The notes below the pieces were generated by a model that was given only the letters and a program-made list of their open reading frames with translations, searched no databases and was not told the DNA's origin. From NCBI GenBank assembly GCA_051362555.1, contig CM120644.1, forward strand, positions 16,948,534 through 17,012,533: a DNA stretch of 64,000 nucleotides, given 5' to 3'. Shown in pieces: positions 28,036 to 50,584 of the stretch (within the stretch, counting starts at the first letter, position 1; every line of letters starts with the position of its first letter). The position numbers and the translations under genes were made by a program. The stretch is from Lingula anatina (lineage: Eukaryota; Animalia; Brachiopoda).

Positions 28036-28212
28036 TTTCTCTGTAAACTGAATTAAGTAACCGTTTGTTATTATTTTTGATATATATAAACTCAACTTCA
28101 TGAAAGTGGAGATAAAGATGACTTTATTTTGACGATCTATGCAATATTTCAACCGGAAGTCCTTCCAACCCCAACCCTCGTGGCAGGCTAATATATTTAA
28201 CGCAACCTTCTC
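28036..28212. promoter_or_regulatory. Putative bidirectional promoter of OSGEPL1/GARS1 with ETS/GABP site
   Basis: 177 bp between divergent ATGs; AACCGGAAGT at 28151-28160. Confidence 0.65.
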
Positions 28213-37787
<9,575 letters not shown>

Positions 37788-40234
37788 AGAAATGAATGAA
37801 AACCGACAGAGTCACTGGATAAGAACCTTGAATATTTATTAATATGTGAAAAAAGTCTTTCAGTGACTTCTGGGACAGTTTGAAAAATGGCTTCTCCCTT
37901 GTGATGAAAGAAGGAAATTGTTTTTGTAAACAAGACTTTATATTATACTGCACAAACTTGTAATGAGCTGGATAGCTTGCTGTTAATATGAAACTCTTGA
38001 GAGCACTGCCGAAAAAAAATGTGCAGGTGAAAAGAGAAAAGGTCTACAAAAGGATCTAGTCTTCTTGTCTTTCTTTCACAATGACGTTGGAATGAGTGGT
38101 GAAAATAGTCGAGAATCATGTCCATTAAAGTTTTACAATAAAATTATTGTCTATTATGTATCTTCCACTCATATAACTTTTTTGTCACTATATTGGGCTG
38201 TTTATTTATTTATTTATTTATTTATTTTTATTCATCAAAAATGTGATAATGCCATAAGAAATTTATGTCAAGTATAATTTTTGAATAACTTTGTCTTAAA
38301 AAGTAAAGTAAAAAAAAAATTATAAATTATTGTTTCAGTGGACTTCTACCTTCATGCCAAGTAAGGATATCGTCACAGCTGTTGAAATTTCTTGAAGTGG
38401 TCCACCGTAAATTGTTATTTGTATTATTCCATGAAGGATATGTTATACCTCGTCAATAAAAGATCTCGACCAACTTCAGAGATCAATTTTGGAAATATTA
38501 TCTATAATTTGGTAAAAGAAATGTTGATGTCACTATACGCTGACATAAAAAAAGTTAACATTGATGCCAGGTAGTTAAACCTGGACTATCAATGCATGGT
38601 TTCCAAAATTTTCAAAGAAGATTGGGCACGAGACAGTAATCTTTCAATGCCCGTTTCTGCTATGCTGTGTTTTGATTATATAAAGTAACATAATTTTAAT
38701 ACAGCGGCGCAATGGTCTTAACAGTTTATCGTAACACTTAATGGTCTTCTCTGGGTTCCAGTTGACTAAAAAAAGAGAGAAAATCGTCTACTGGCCCATT
38801 TCTTGCTTGGCATTTGGCCTCTTCAGAACCAGCTGAGAGTAACACTTACAGGCAAAAATTAAGAAACAAGATTACCTTTAGTGAACGTTTAACGGATAGA
38901 TTGTTAAAAATGAATACCCTGCATCAAACATCAATTTCCCAAAATGTCCAGTGAATTTTGATAAGGAATTAAGTAAAACCACTCAAAATGTCAGTTTGCA
39001 GGTTACTTGCCCTTTTTTAACGAAGACACCGTAGTGAAAGACTTCCAACTGTATTTGGCAAGGATATAATGTCCATATTTCCATTTTTGTTATTTTGACG
39101 AAGATTCCGTTTTGAGTCGATTTTTAAAATCGCGTTTTACCTGTAAGTTATGATTTTTTAAAGTTACGATTGAGAATTATTTCACATAGCAACAAAGAGT
39201 AAGAATAAGAAAAATTCGCCAATGCTATCACCTCGAGGCTGACCTTGAGCAAGGAAGTACCGGTATTTACTTCCTTGCCTTGAGTTAGGCCTACTAATTC
39301 ACGGTACTTCTGATTTACCACCGCTGAAGGCCGGTGGTAAAATTGCCGAAAAATCATGGTTTTGAGTTTTTTGTGTTTAAATTAACCGAAAATGTACACA
39401 CACTTTTTTATATACATATATTCTGTTGCTTCTTATGTATATGCATATACATATCTATTTGTTTTATTTATTTCCTTATTTAATTTTGCTCTACATGGAG
39501 AGCATCTAATGCTTTTAGCGCTTTGCCTCCATTTCCTTTGAATAAACATTGTTAAAAAAGAACAGAAGTGTAACCCCCCCGAATCTGAGTAATCAAAGTT
39601 ATACATACCTAGGGATGTTATATGACCGTGGCGATATGCTGCCTGTAATACGTTAGCATCAACCTGTTAATAAAAATTTGGAACCTTTCAATGTTATTAC
39701 ACAATAACACAATAATGATGGGAGATGTTATGATTAAATGCTTAGAAGAAATAATAAAAACAGATTATGTGAAATATAAAATGAATTGATTTTATTTGGG
39801 TTATTTATTTATTTATTTCAAACCAATTAATTATCAAACATGAAGCTTATTTTTAGAAACATAAACAGATATTACTGCAATATAACCCTGCTGGTACACA
39901 GATCTACAGTTCTAAAATGCAAATACCAAGTACCTTTCACACACCACTGCTGAGATGTGAATAATCATATGTATAAAGTAGTATAAATATCACAAAATGT
40001 GTGTAGGCAAGATATTTCTACAAGTAACCTCATTAATCAGTCAGGAAACTTCATAATGCACTCAATAAATGTAGAAATTTGAGCAAGAGAAATTCTACAT
40101 ACAGGCATGACAGATTTACCATATATTGCCACCAACCCTTAACTGAATGGGCATAGAAAGAACAGAGTGAGTCTCCCTCCCATTAAAAATAAATAATAAA
40201 AAAATAAATAAAAAAAAACAGATACTGTCATTCT

Positions 40235-41430
40235 TTATACTGAAAAACAATGGCACCTTGCAGCCTTCAAGATCTCACCATTTGCAGACAATGTTCTAGT
40301 CACTGTAACTTTGTACTTTTGATGAGGCACAGACACAAGAATAACTCCTTCGAAGTATATTGTGAAGGTCTCTTTTGTCATAAATCTGCCACGTATAACC
40401 TGAATGTACATATTGCGATTCACACCGCAGCAGCTTGTCTTAGTAAGGACTCAACTAGTTGAAAACTTGTGGCACAGCTCCAGGGACAAGATCACACCAT
40501 CTACATGTACCGTTGCTGGGATGATGGATCTACTAGTACATTATCTATGTCTTGTCCTCCTAGTTTCTCTAATACCATTTCCCCTGATCTATGCTCACAT
40601 CAATCTCTGCAGCTTTACCAACTGCTACACAGTTTTTACATCTGAAAGTATAAAGCAAAAATTGTAATAAAGCACTATCAATTTGCTTGTTATATACTGA
40701 ATGAGGGCAAGAGAAAAAGGCAGAAACCTCATATCATAATCAAGATAACTGAAAATCAAATCTACATAATCAAATAGCTTTAATTGTACATACTGCTGAT
40801 AATTTAATCTTTTAAACTTCAGCATAAATTTTGAATTTCTCTTGTTAAAGCATAGCCACTTTATCAAAATGTGCTTGAACAAATAATAATAATGATAATA
40901 ATGATAAACAACCTGCACACATGATGGGACATGGAGGTCAATTGTCACAAAAATAAGTTGATTTGTACTTGGAAGCCTGAGAAATAATATCAGGTATTAA
41001 TTTGAGCAGTAATAATTCCACAGCGTTAACAACGACACAAGCATATGGTGTTATGTAACAAAATCCATGCATAACTTGCTGTGGCAGTGTCCTCCTCAAC
41101 CTATCGTGCACCGCAGGCTTTGATTTTCAATGTCATCAAAACTTTTTATTGTTGTTAGTTTGATCTATGTATCTGCTATTCAAATAATATCGTTTGGAAA
41201 ATAACTAACTGATTTAATTATGCTTTTGCAACATGAAATTATCAATAACTTTGCCGGTTCACGTGTACAAAGTACCTTGCCATCAATGCTGCTCTTTTCT
41301 CCCCAACTCGCCACTGACAGGCTAACCATATCGTTTCAAAACAACGTTGGTATGCTCCTTTACTTTTGGTGTTGGCAGTTTTGCCCCGGGGACATCGTCT
41401 TCGGTTAAAAACAACGTATCGTTTTCACCC
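40235..41430 (-). pseudogene. Decayed two-exon SAP + SWIM-type ORF, probably a DNA-transposon accessory gene
   Basis: LTEDDVPGAKLPTPKVKEHTNVVLKRYG*PVSG..KRAALMAR (SAP-like, with a stop and frameshift). The donor at 41276 is in phase with the acceptor at 40641. Ends in YKVTVTRTLSANGEILKAARCHC (start of a SWIM-like finger). Multiple stops. Confidence 0.55.
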
Positions 41431-41867
41431 GGCTCCAGTACAAAATGTCCGCTTGCTGCGCCCCCCCAAGGAAAAAATCGTAGCACGTGGGTAGTTACGC
41501 AAGACCTGTGACGTATAACGCGCGCAAGGTTATTTAGCCGAGCTTCAGTGAAGATCGAGGGCAACCTCGAGCCGCTACCCAAAAATATCTTGCGTAGCGT
41601 CTCTCGGAAAACTCTGATTTATCATGGAATTCTAGACTACATCGAGGTTAAATCAGTCGAGGTCTCTTTAATGCTGAAAGCCGAAGACAGTGATCATGTG
41701 ACCTTCTAGGCATCAAGAGAATGGTGACTTTGCTTGCGTTATCAGTTGACTTTAAAATCTCTCACACTCTTAAAAATTAACTTAAACTTTTCACGTTTAA
41801 CAATTATTCTTTATAATTTTATTATACTAAGTCATATCATATGGGTATGGTTTGAAAACGGGAATTA

Positions 41868-42080
41868 GGGCGCATTCCCTTAGATTTTAGATCGATCTAT
41901 CCCCGTGGGGAGTCTAGTAAGATGGTCAGTGATTACTGTCAGATAGTCCGGCTTAAATGTCCGTCCCGCCTACTACAAGCTGTAAGGGGGTAATTAACTT
42001 CCGTGCCCTCTCGGCTGACAGTTAGCGTGAACCCCCAGGGAGTTAGGTCGATCTAGTTGGATCGATCTAATCTGTGGGAA
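41868..42080 (+). mobile_element. ~210-bp interspersed MITE family (GGGCGCATTCCC...GGGAA), copy 1
   Basis: Homologous to 49801-50025 (inverted), 62137-62346, the fragment 43281-43320 and diverged copies near 61600-61770 and 62472-62915. Confidence 0.75.
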
Positions 42081-43067
42081 AGATATTTTCTGACAGTCTT
42101 CCAAATAATTTTTGTTGATCCATCTTCCATTTTTGACCGTCTTACGACAAAAGAAATTAGATACCTGAAGTTGAAAACCTGATCGTCTTCTGGAAGACCA
42201 AGAGGACGGCCTCAATCTGCCCCTGAGGTTCGCTTGCCTCGGGAGTCGTTGATGGCTCTCACTGTTTGCTGCAGTCTTGAGACGGGAATTCAAGTCTGGA
42301 AGTGGAAAGCAAGTGTGTGGATTATTTTAACGGTTTGTTAGGGTGCAGACTCGGCTGTGCAGGCACCGGGTCCTGGACGCTTTCGACTAGCTAGCAAAAT
42401 AAGAAACAGCATGTTTAATGGTCTTCTCGCGCTCGTGAACGCAAGCGTGCTACATGTGCATAGATGCACATACGTGCATGCGTGACCATTACAAACACGA
42501 ACGCAAACATGCGCAACTTGCAAGAACATTGCTAGCACACACATGCACACACAGAGAGAGGTTCTCTTGTAACTACTGCTACAAAAGTTCCCCGTTTTAT
42601 ATTTTATTTTATATCTGATAGTTGTTCCTGTTATCTCAAACACCTAAATAAACTACACCATAAACATTTCATGTTTTCATTGTAAACAGCTACCGTCTTC
42701 TCTATCGCAATGCGCAACACAAAAATTTCTTCAAACCAATGAGTTTCAAACTAAGTCAATTAATTCATTTTTTGTTTTCTTTTTAATTGCTGGTTTCTTT
42801 TTTTAATGTGTGTGTTTTAAACCCACAGAATGATTTTCTATAAACAATTCTGTCAGTGTTGAAACTTGCTGCCCAACGAATAATAATAATAGACTGGCAA
42901 GGAAAAATATTTATTTGATAAACCATGTGATACATATTTTGCTTCTTCCCCTTACAGGTATTTGTAACGATAGTAAGATCAAAGATCATTTTGGAATTTC
43001 TTCAATTGTTACAAGTAATAACACAATCATTAGATTCATGCAGGAGCCAACGTTGTGTAGTTGTTGG

Positions 43068-46000
43068 CTAATGTTCAATTGGCTCCGGTGGGTAGTCATA
43101 ACTTGGAATATAATCTGAAAATAAGGAAATGTATGACATGATACTTTTTTATGTTATAATAGGCATCACAGTGATTAGAAATAGTTTTGAAACATTAGCA
43201 GTCTTTCTTCAATTAGCCCGTCCATCTTTGATTAACCGCTATGGCTTGTACATGTAACCCCTTATCTTTAACCCCCCTTAGGGCGCATTCCCATAGATTT
43301 TAGATCGATCTATTCCTGTGTTCGTGCTCTTGTATAGGAAGAATTTAAGGTTCAAGGTGCACTTCATAATTTTGAAAATGCCCTATATTCTTATTTTTGC
43401 AATCCACAGCTTCTTATAAAACCTTGCATTCACTTTAAAAACGATTTAACTCCTTAAGTAATTTTTTCTGGAGCGTACTTGATGTTGATATTTATAAAGG
43501 AGCATACAGGAAGACGGTCGCTGATTCCAATGACTGGTAGTCCTTTAAAACTAAATCAACTTTTATAAATTTAATTAAAGGTCGAATGTAATTACAGAGA
43601 GGGATAGATAAATGATTTGTGAGTACGATAAAATGCCATTTACCAGGGAAAATCCATTTGGCGGGAAAATCCCATGGAGTTGCCCCTTAAAAGATACATC
43701 CATTGTTAAATAACTTATCAGTCTTTCTCTCTATCGTTCTCTCTCACTATAAAGTTAACACGAGCGTTTGAGATATGCTTTATGGCTGTATCAATACATA
43801 CGAGTCATGCATTCGGTTGGAGGCACTTCGTTGCCGTTCACTTCCCAGACTGGAGTGCAGAAACACCCTTGTCTGAAAAAGAAGCAAAGAAACTAGTAAT
43901 ACAGGTATAACTACAATTATATGTCAGAAACATAGCTTATTGTAATTAAGATGATTAGATTTATTTGTCCAACACATCAATTTTATTTTTTTAAAAACTA
44001 TCGGTGTCAAGAATTCTAATCAGTTCGGTATATTGAAATTTGAAATATAATCTGAAAATTCTTGTCATTTTTAATTTGACCTGTCTGACTTTTAAACATT
44101 TCCTTTTTATGCAAAACTGAGAACATATCGTTGTGAAAATATTCGTATTTACACTAATTAATCTCTCAAATGAAATCATTCTTCTGTCACTTTCTTAAAC
44201 CAAGGAGTTATAACAGAAGGAGATTACACGCAAGCCTCTCTATTGTCCGATGTCTGTTACGGTGGGCGGAGCTAGCTACGGGGGGCCTCCTGTCTCAAGG
44301 TTTCGTCTGGGTCGCTCTCCTCCGCTTGGAGATTGATTTTATATGCGTTATTTCGCGTTAGAATTCGAGATCAGTAGTGTCAAAGCGGCGCTGTATGCTG
44401 ACGATTTTTTTCACAGGTAGTTATTTGGACGATGTGCTGGGAGGGAACGATATCATAGAAAGCGATTATAAGGTGGTGACTGAGGATGGTCGCCATGAGT
44501 TTTTTTGAGTCGGTGATAGATGGCTTTTCTTTTGCAAAACACAGTGAAAAATCACCAAGGATAAGTCAAAAGAAAACGTCCCAACTGTGGTTTGTGAAAA
44601 TGACATTCAAGTGAACGTCTGTCCTCACTGCCAAAGGGCATAATGTTAATACATAAACGTTTGGACCCCCCTGCCCTTTGGTCCCATAAACATATACATT
44701 GAGACAGTGCCTAAGCTTTGTGACTGGTTTTTAATTTCTTTAAGTATTTTTTTCTCACTCGGTATAATTTTAATATCATAATGCATTAAAGTGAAATTTT
44801 AATCAAAGGTTGAGGCAATTCCACGACATGTCAGTTTACTAAATACTCGTTATAAATTTCTTTATCTTGGAAATCTCCCTTTTTATTTTCAGGAATATTT
44901 TGACACATACTAACACTTCTTATTTGTCGGTAAACAAGTGCACAGTGCTAAACATTAAGTATAATTTTTATTCATTCATAAATATATTTATATTCAAAAT
45001 ATATCAGAAATTTTAGTATTAACTGAGCTCTTTAAAGTGAAACAAATAAAGATGAGAATTTTGAATTTCAAACTATTATTTACTATATTAACTTAAAATA
45101 TCTTTTAAGTCAACTCTATACTCAAGCATCATGATAGTAGCATCTGTGAGTAAAACCATTTTATTATATCAATAGAAGAACAAAAACAAAATTTTACACA
45201 TAAGCAGTAATTAATGAAGTCATAAGAATGATTAAGTTGCTATAGTTTTCCAGTTTTATGCAGTCTATGTTGGCATTTTTTTCAACCGTGCAAATAGAAA
45301 TAATTATATTCTTTTTTATCTGACTTGCTGATACCAGTCTGTGCCAGATACTATTCCACTCACAGGCCAGCAAGGTCTGAGAATCTAATGGGCTGAATGA
45401 AAAAAAAAACCCTAGAAGATAAAGTGGCTAATTCTTACAAATAGGATAAAAAACATGGGATTTTCAAAAGGTTATTATAAATCAAGACAACGCTTAGTAA
45501 GAACATTTATAAAATGAACTGGAGTACATGTTACAACTGAAAAAATTAACTGGGCCAGTAAGTGACTGCTTTAAAGAAATTTCACTGAAACAGTCCAAAT
45601 TTTACTGGCAATCAAGTAGACTGTTATACCATGGCACTCAACAAATTATATATAGGTTTTGAATTTTTTTCCACGTGACAGTAACATAAAATTTATGTCA
45701 ACTTTTGAAAGGTATAGAGTCAGTTAGGTGACTGAAAATATTTTAAAATGTCATGAAGGAGCACTATTAATTTAATGCAATCTCTGTTGGCCAGTCTTAT
45801 CCAGTTTCTTCTCCAAAAAGGACAACTCAAGTGAGAATTTCTTCAGGGCCTTTTCTTCTGCCTGCCAATGCCATGCCACTCAGAAAAGAGAGAAACCTGT
45901 AGGTTAGAAAAAAAAAACATAATAATAGCATTATGAACTACTAGTATCCATGAAGACATTATGGAATTATGCAGTGAAGTTTAATGTGTCTTGTTTTGAC

Positions 46001-49000
46001 TTGACTGAAATAATGTTCACCACATAAATGAACAATTTACAACTAAATTTATATAGAATATCAAGATTCATGATCACAAGCTAATAACCCCAAGAAATTG
46101 AAAGAAATTGTACTTATTACAAGAAATTATTTAAATCCGCCCTGGTTCCTACTCTTCTGACAGGACAAAAAGGGGATTTCAGAGAGGCTGGTTGCTAAAA
46201 GGAAAATGCCCAAGGTTGTTGTATTTTGAAAAAAATTTAAAAAAGGGTACTGTTGTTAGTGAATGTTTAATGCATTGTAGGCATTATGACAAAAGTAACT
46301 TACCCCAGACACGCTGACCTCCTTTTTTCATTGACATTTTTAAATTTTTTCCAGCCTGACCATAATTCATGTATTCAATGCAGCCTTCTCCCATATCTAT
46401 AATAGAATAAAAAAAACTTAAGTAGTGTTAAGATAAGCATGTAAAATCCATTATCAATTTTGAGAGAATTTCTGTTTCAACACTGCAAGATGAAATATTT
46501 ACTTTCAAGTAATGAATAAACCTTAATAGAGTTCTATTCTTTTGTAACCACCAAGGCAAAGCTTCTTTCTTAAAATGAACAGAAATATCCAAGCTTGCCA
46601 CCTAACATGCCAAAGTAGTGAAGTATAATTAAAGTAGAGAAGCAAGTACCCCTTAATTATAGAGGTGTCTTACACAATAAGGTGTGTCTTACACACCTTG
46701 ACTCAAAGGGAGATGTGTAGTGAGATAACAGGTTAAGTAATTGGTATATCCTAGGTGAACTTAAAACCTTTAGACTTTAAATTAAAAGCACCAGGATTCA
46801 TATGTGTTCTTTTTTCAAAGGTTTAATATAAATTAAAACACATATATGTAAAAAGAAGACTAAATAAGTTAAAAATAACTATGCCATGAAGTCAAACTTC
46901 CTGTTAGACCGCCATGATGGAAAATGCTGGGTGGAGGCAAAATTTTCCAGTCAAAAAAACTGAGCACTTTACTTTAACAACAAAGTTACCACTCCAAAGC
47001 CACCCACCATGGTGAGAAGAAAAATGATGACCAACTGTCATGATAAGTCTTCTTAGATTTAAACATGAAAAAGGTAAAGGCCAAAATGGTACATTTACCC
47101 ATAACACTAGAGTAAAAAATTGGTATTCTGAACAAATCAGGTTATTTTTTTCAAGAAATATTGGAGCAGTATCTATGCAATATATACCACGCCACGACCA
47201 AGATGTTCAAGAATCTAAACACACCAAATTTTTTTATAATCTTGCATTTGAAAAGTGCAAAAAGCGGTAAGGCTTTTGGCCGTAACAAGCGTAACACTTT
47301 TTGATCGGAACTCATGAAAATTGTCAATTGTCGTATCCAAGCTAGACCACATGTAAAATCGCAAAAAAACAATACTGCTCAAGCAAGTGTGTTGCATACA
47401 TAACAATTAGTTAAATTTTATGACTGTCATGTGACACAAGTTTCAAAAAGTAGGAGGAAAATGTCTTTTGGAGTAATTTTTTTTCGAAATATTAACAAGA
47501 TGGCGGCTTAAGCATCTGCTTGTTATTCGGCTACTGAAAGTGCACCCAAGTTTTATTCTTTGCTATTGCCACAAATTACTTAACAATTGCAACTGTATAA
47601 AGACCAAACTTTCTTCATCTGATACTATATTTATAGGCACTTGTTATGAGTGGGAAATATTTTTCGTGCAATATTTATTCTCCACACACCACCTCGCGAG
47701 ATCAACGTGTAGCTGGACACTTACACAGTGAGACCCTACGACATAAAAGTTGCAATTTATCTTCATATTTCGTGTAGTTATGCATTTAAAAGCACTTACC
47801 TGTTTTTTGAAAACCTTGTCCAACGTAATATCATATAAATTCTGTAATTCTCTCATTTTAAGAAACTTTTGACTGCGTTTCTGTTTGTGTCCTCTCCAAA
47901 CGACAGACGAAGGCATCTATTCTGACAAACGAGATTTAAACGAGAGTAACAATTAAGCGTAACAGAGATAGGCATCCATTGTTCTCTGGGTTCTATTCAT
48001 TCCGACCAATGAGAGACCGTAATACGGGCTCCACCCCCACGCGTGTAATCTCCTTCTGTTATAACTCCTTGCTTAAACTGACTTGCAACCCCACAAACAT
48101 CGTTTATGTACAATCAAATAAAACTTTCGTGAAGGACTTTCAGTCATATAACTGCTACCAATAGTGTGGGAATTATTTCGATTGCCTTTCTGTCACTTTA
48201 AAGTAAACTGAGGTGGTAAAGATTTCACGTGGGATTGATAAAAAATATATATTTATTTGAAATATTTGCCATAAATCGATCAATAACTGGAAGCATATTA
48301 TTTGCCATTTATCTCTTTCATGGAATCTTGCATTGCTCGGGGTGAAGACACGAGCTCGAGGTGACCTACATTGTACCTGCAAACTGCGTCGGGAATAGAG
48401 CACTTGGCGTAGGTGCAAGGGTGGACGAGGCAATTTACGATCGTGGTGCAATCTGAAACAGAGCAAGATCTTTAATATATAAGGGCGTTCAGATCTTGTT
48501 TTTAAATTTTTATGTTTAAGGTAAATAAAAATTTGCTTAGTTGTATTCACATTTGTTTAAACATTGACGAAAGTTAAAAGGGTGAAAGGTAAATGAAAAA
48601 AAATGATAATGTCGATCTTGAATTCAGGGCATCTATGATTTGTATCATATTAAAGGGCAGGTTAATGGATTTAAATTATGTAGAATCGTGAATAGAGATC
48701 TTTTGATATTTGCATTCATAAGTTATGGTTCCTTTTTACATTTCATACTAAAGAGAGTCATTTATCTTTCATTTTCGTAAGACTTCATGTAATGTCAAAT
48801 CCTTTTAAAATTAGAGTAATATATACGTATACCTCTAACTGTTTCCTCCTGTGGAGTGGTTTCTAAATAAAGACAATGAAATATTTTTGAGAGTAAGATA
48901 CTTGTAGCCATTTAAAACTGGCTCTGAAAGTGCTAAAAAGTCTCATTTGCTTGTATTCCAATTTTAATTTTCAATCTTGTAAACAGATAAGCCACTCAGC

Positions 49001-50127
49001 TTTACGTCTTACACCACTACACGTCACTTCCGGCACAATTCTGACTAATGCTGATCTTCTCCGGTACCCTTTATTTGTATATCCATCTGCCACTATCAAT
49101 CTTTGCGATTTCACTATTATAGTAACGCTGCACTTATGTCTATATTAAGAAATCTTACTTAGCTTTTCTTTATAAATTTTGTAACCAGCCAGCCTGACCC
49201 ATGCCTTCCCTCTTCGCTAGAAATTAGATTCTGGACAGTGAAGTAAAACAAGGCTCACCTTACTCTCTTCCTTACTCCCCAACTCTCTCATTCTCTCTCT
49301 CTTTCTTTCCAAAACTTACCAGTAACAGCCAGTAAACACACACAAGAAAAAGAATCACAGCACCCTTCATTTTTGATGTAATGTGGCGTTAACTGCACAG
49401 AACTTCAAAATGCTGTTGAACCTCAAGACACGAAATACTAGTAGACAGGGCAATATGCTTAAACGACGTGGTCTTATTCCCAGACCTGAGGGGAAGGGGG
49501 GCAAGGGCTCTTAAATTCGTTGTGCAGTAAGCTTCGTTGTGCAGTAAGCTTTAAAGGGATTGTTCATTTCACATCATACAGTGTATGTAGATTTGACACA
49601 CGCACACACACATATCATGCGTTACCTTTACTTATCCTCTTCTCAACTGGAGCAGCTAAACGTAGGAATGAAATGTGATAAGACATTTTCGAAAACAACA
49701 AACGTGCTTTTACTCAGGTAAACACGTTGTTTTTCTTGATTATCTACAACAGCAATCGCCTACTATAAATTTCACCTGATTGCATTCAGTTCGAGTCTCT
49801 GGATGCTTTCCCAGAGATTTAGATCGATCTAAAGATTAAGATTTAGATCGACCTAACTCCCTGGGGGTTCACGCTAAATTGCAGTCAGCCGAGCAGGCAC
49901 CATAGTTAATTACCCCCTTACAGCTTTTAGTAGGCGGGACAGACGCTTAAGCCGGCCAAGCTGACAGTAATCTAGTGAGACTCCCCACAAGGATAGATCG
50001 ATCTAAAAATCTATGGAAATGGGCTCTCTCTCTCTCTCTCTCTCTCTGTGTTTGACTTACCCGAACAAATCATAACCACAGTCAGCAGGCTTTTAATGAT
50101 AATAACTGCAATGACTCTAACCATCAT
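43068..50127 (-). CDS. Small secreted cysteine-rich (8-Cys) protein; 5' exon usage ambiguous
   Basis: Exons 48452-48377, 43872-43802 and 43114-43068 splice in phase to CTTIVNCLVHPCTYAKCSIPDAVCRQGCFCTPVWEVNGNEVPPTECMTHYIPSYDYPPEPIEH*. Two candidate signal-peptide exons with GTAAG donors: 50127-50061 and 49370-49320. Optional exon 49230/49216-49159. Confidence 0.6.
44201..48071. mobile_element. Non-autonomous P-superfamily-like DNA transposon, 3871 bp
   Basis: Perfect 31-bp TIR CAAGGAGTTATAACAGAAGGAGATTACACGC (44201-44231 / 48041-48071). 7-bp TSD CTTAAAC (44194-44200, 48072-48078). No intact transposase seen. Confidence 0.85.
49801..50025 (-). mobile_element. ~210-bp MITE family, inverted copy
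   Basis: Reverse complement of 41868-42080 and 62137-62346. Confidence 0.75.
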
Positions 50128-50584
50128 GCTGTGCAGAGTGATGTGGCTATAGCTATGTAGGCTTTCCTGTAAGGCTAAGGCTGCTCATTAACTTTCTCTT
50201 ACTTAAGTTTCAGCTCTGTTCAAACACAAGCATGGGAGTTTTGATAAAGCGACAATACAGGGAGCTCACTGATGTTACTTAGAAACCATTAAGTACCTGC
50301 ATCATATGAAGTGAACATTTTTTATTCTGCTTGAAAAAAGAAAAGTTTATTTAACTTTACTCCATATTGTCCTGCCATTTATTGTCATATGTAAACCAGC
50401 ATATACCAACTGCACTCTCATTTGGCCCCTCTGCCATACGTTTTAACTGCTTTGATAGAAATAGTTGAATTAAATAAGTGATATTAAAATCTTTGTAGAA
50501 GAGCTCTCTGTCAGCAGAGAATAGAACTAAAACATTATTTTAGATAAAATCCTTTTTATTGCAGCTGTACTGAGACTCCTGTGT

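Noticed and set aside
48173-48550. 125-aa minus-strand ORF
   Set aside because: Wrong frame across the Cys-rich exon 48452-48377; the rest is intronic.
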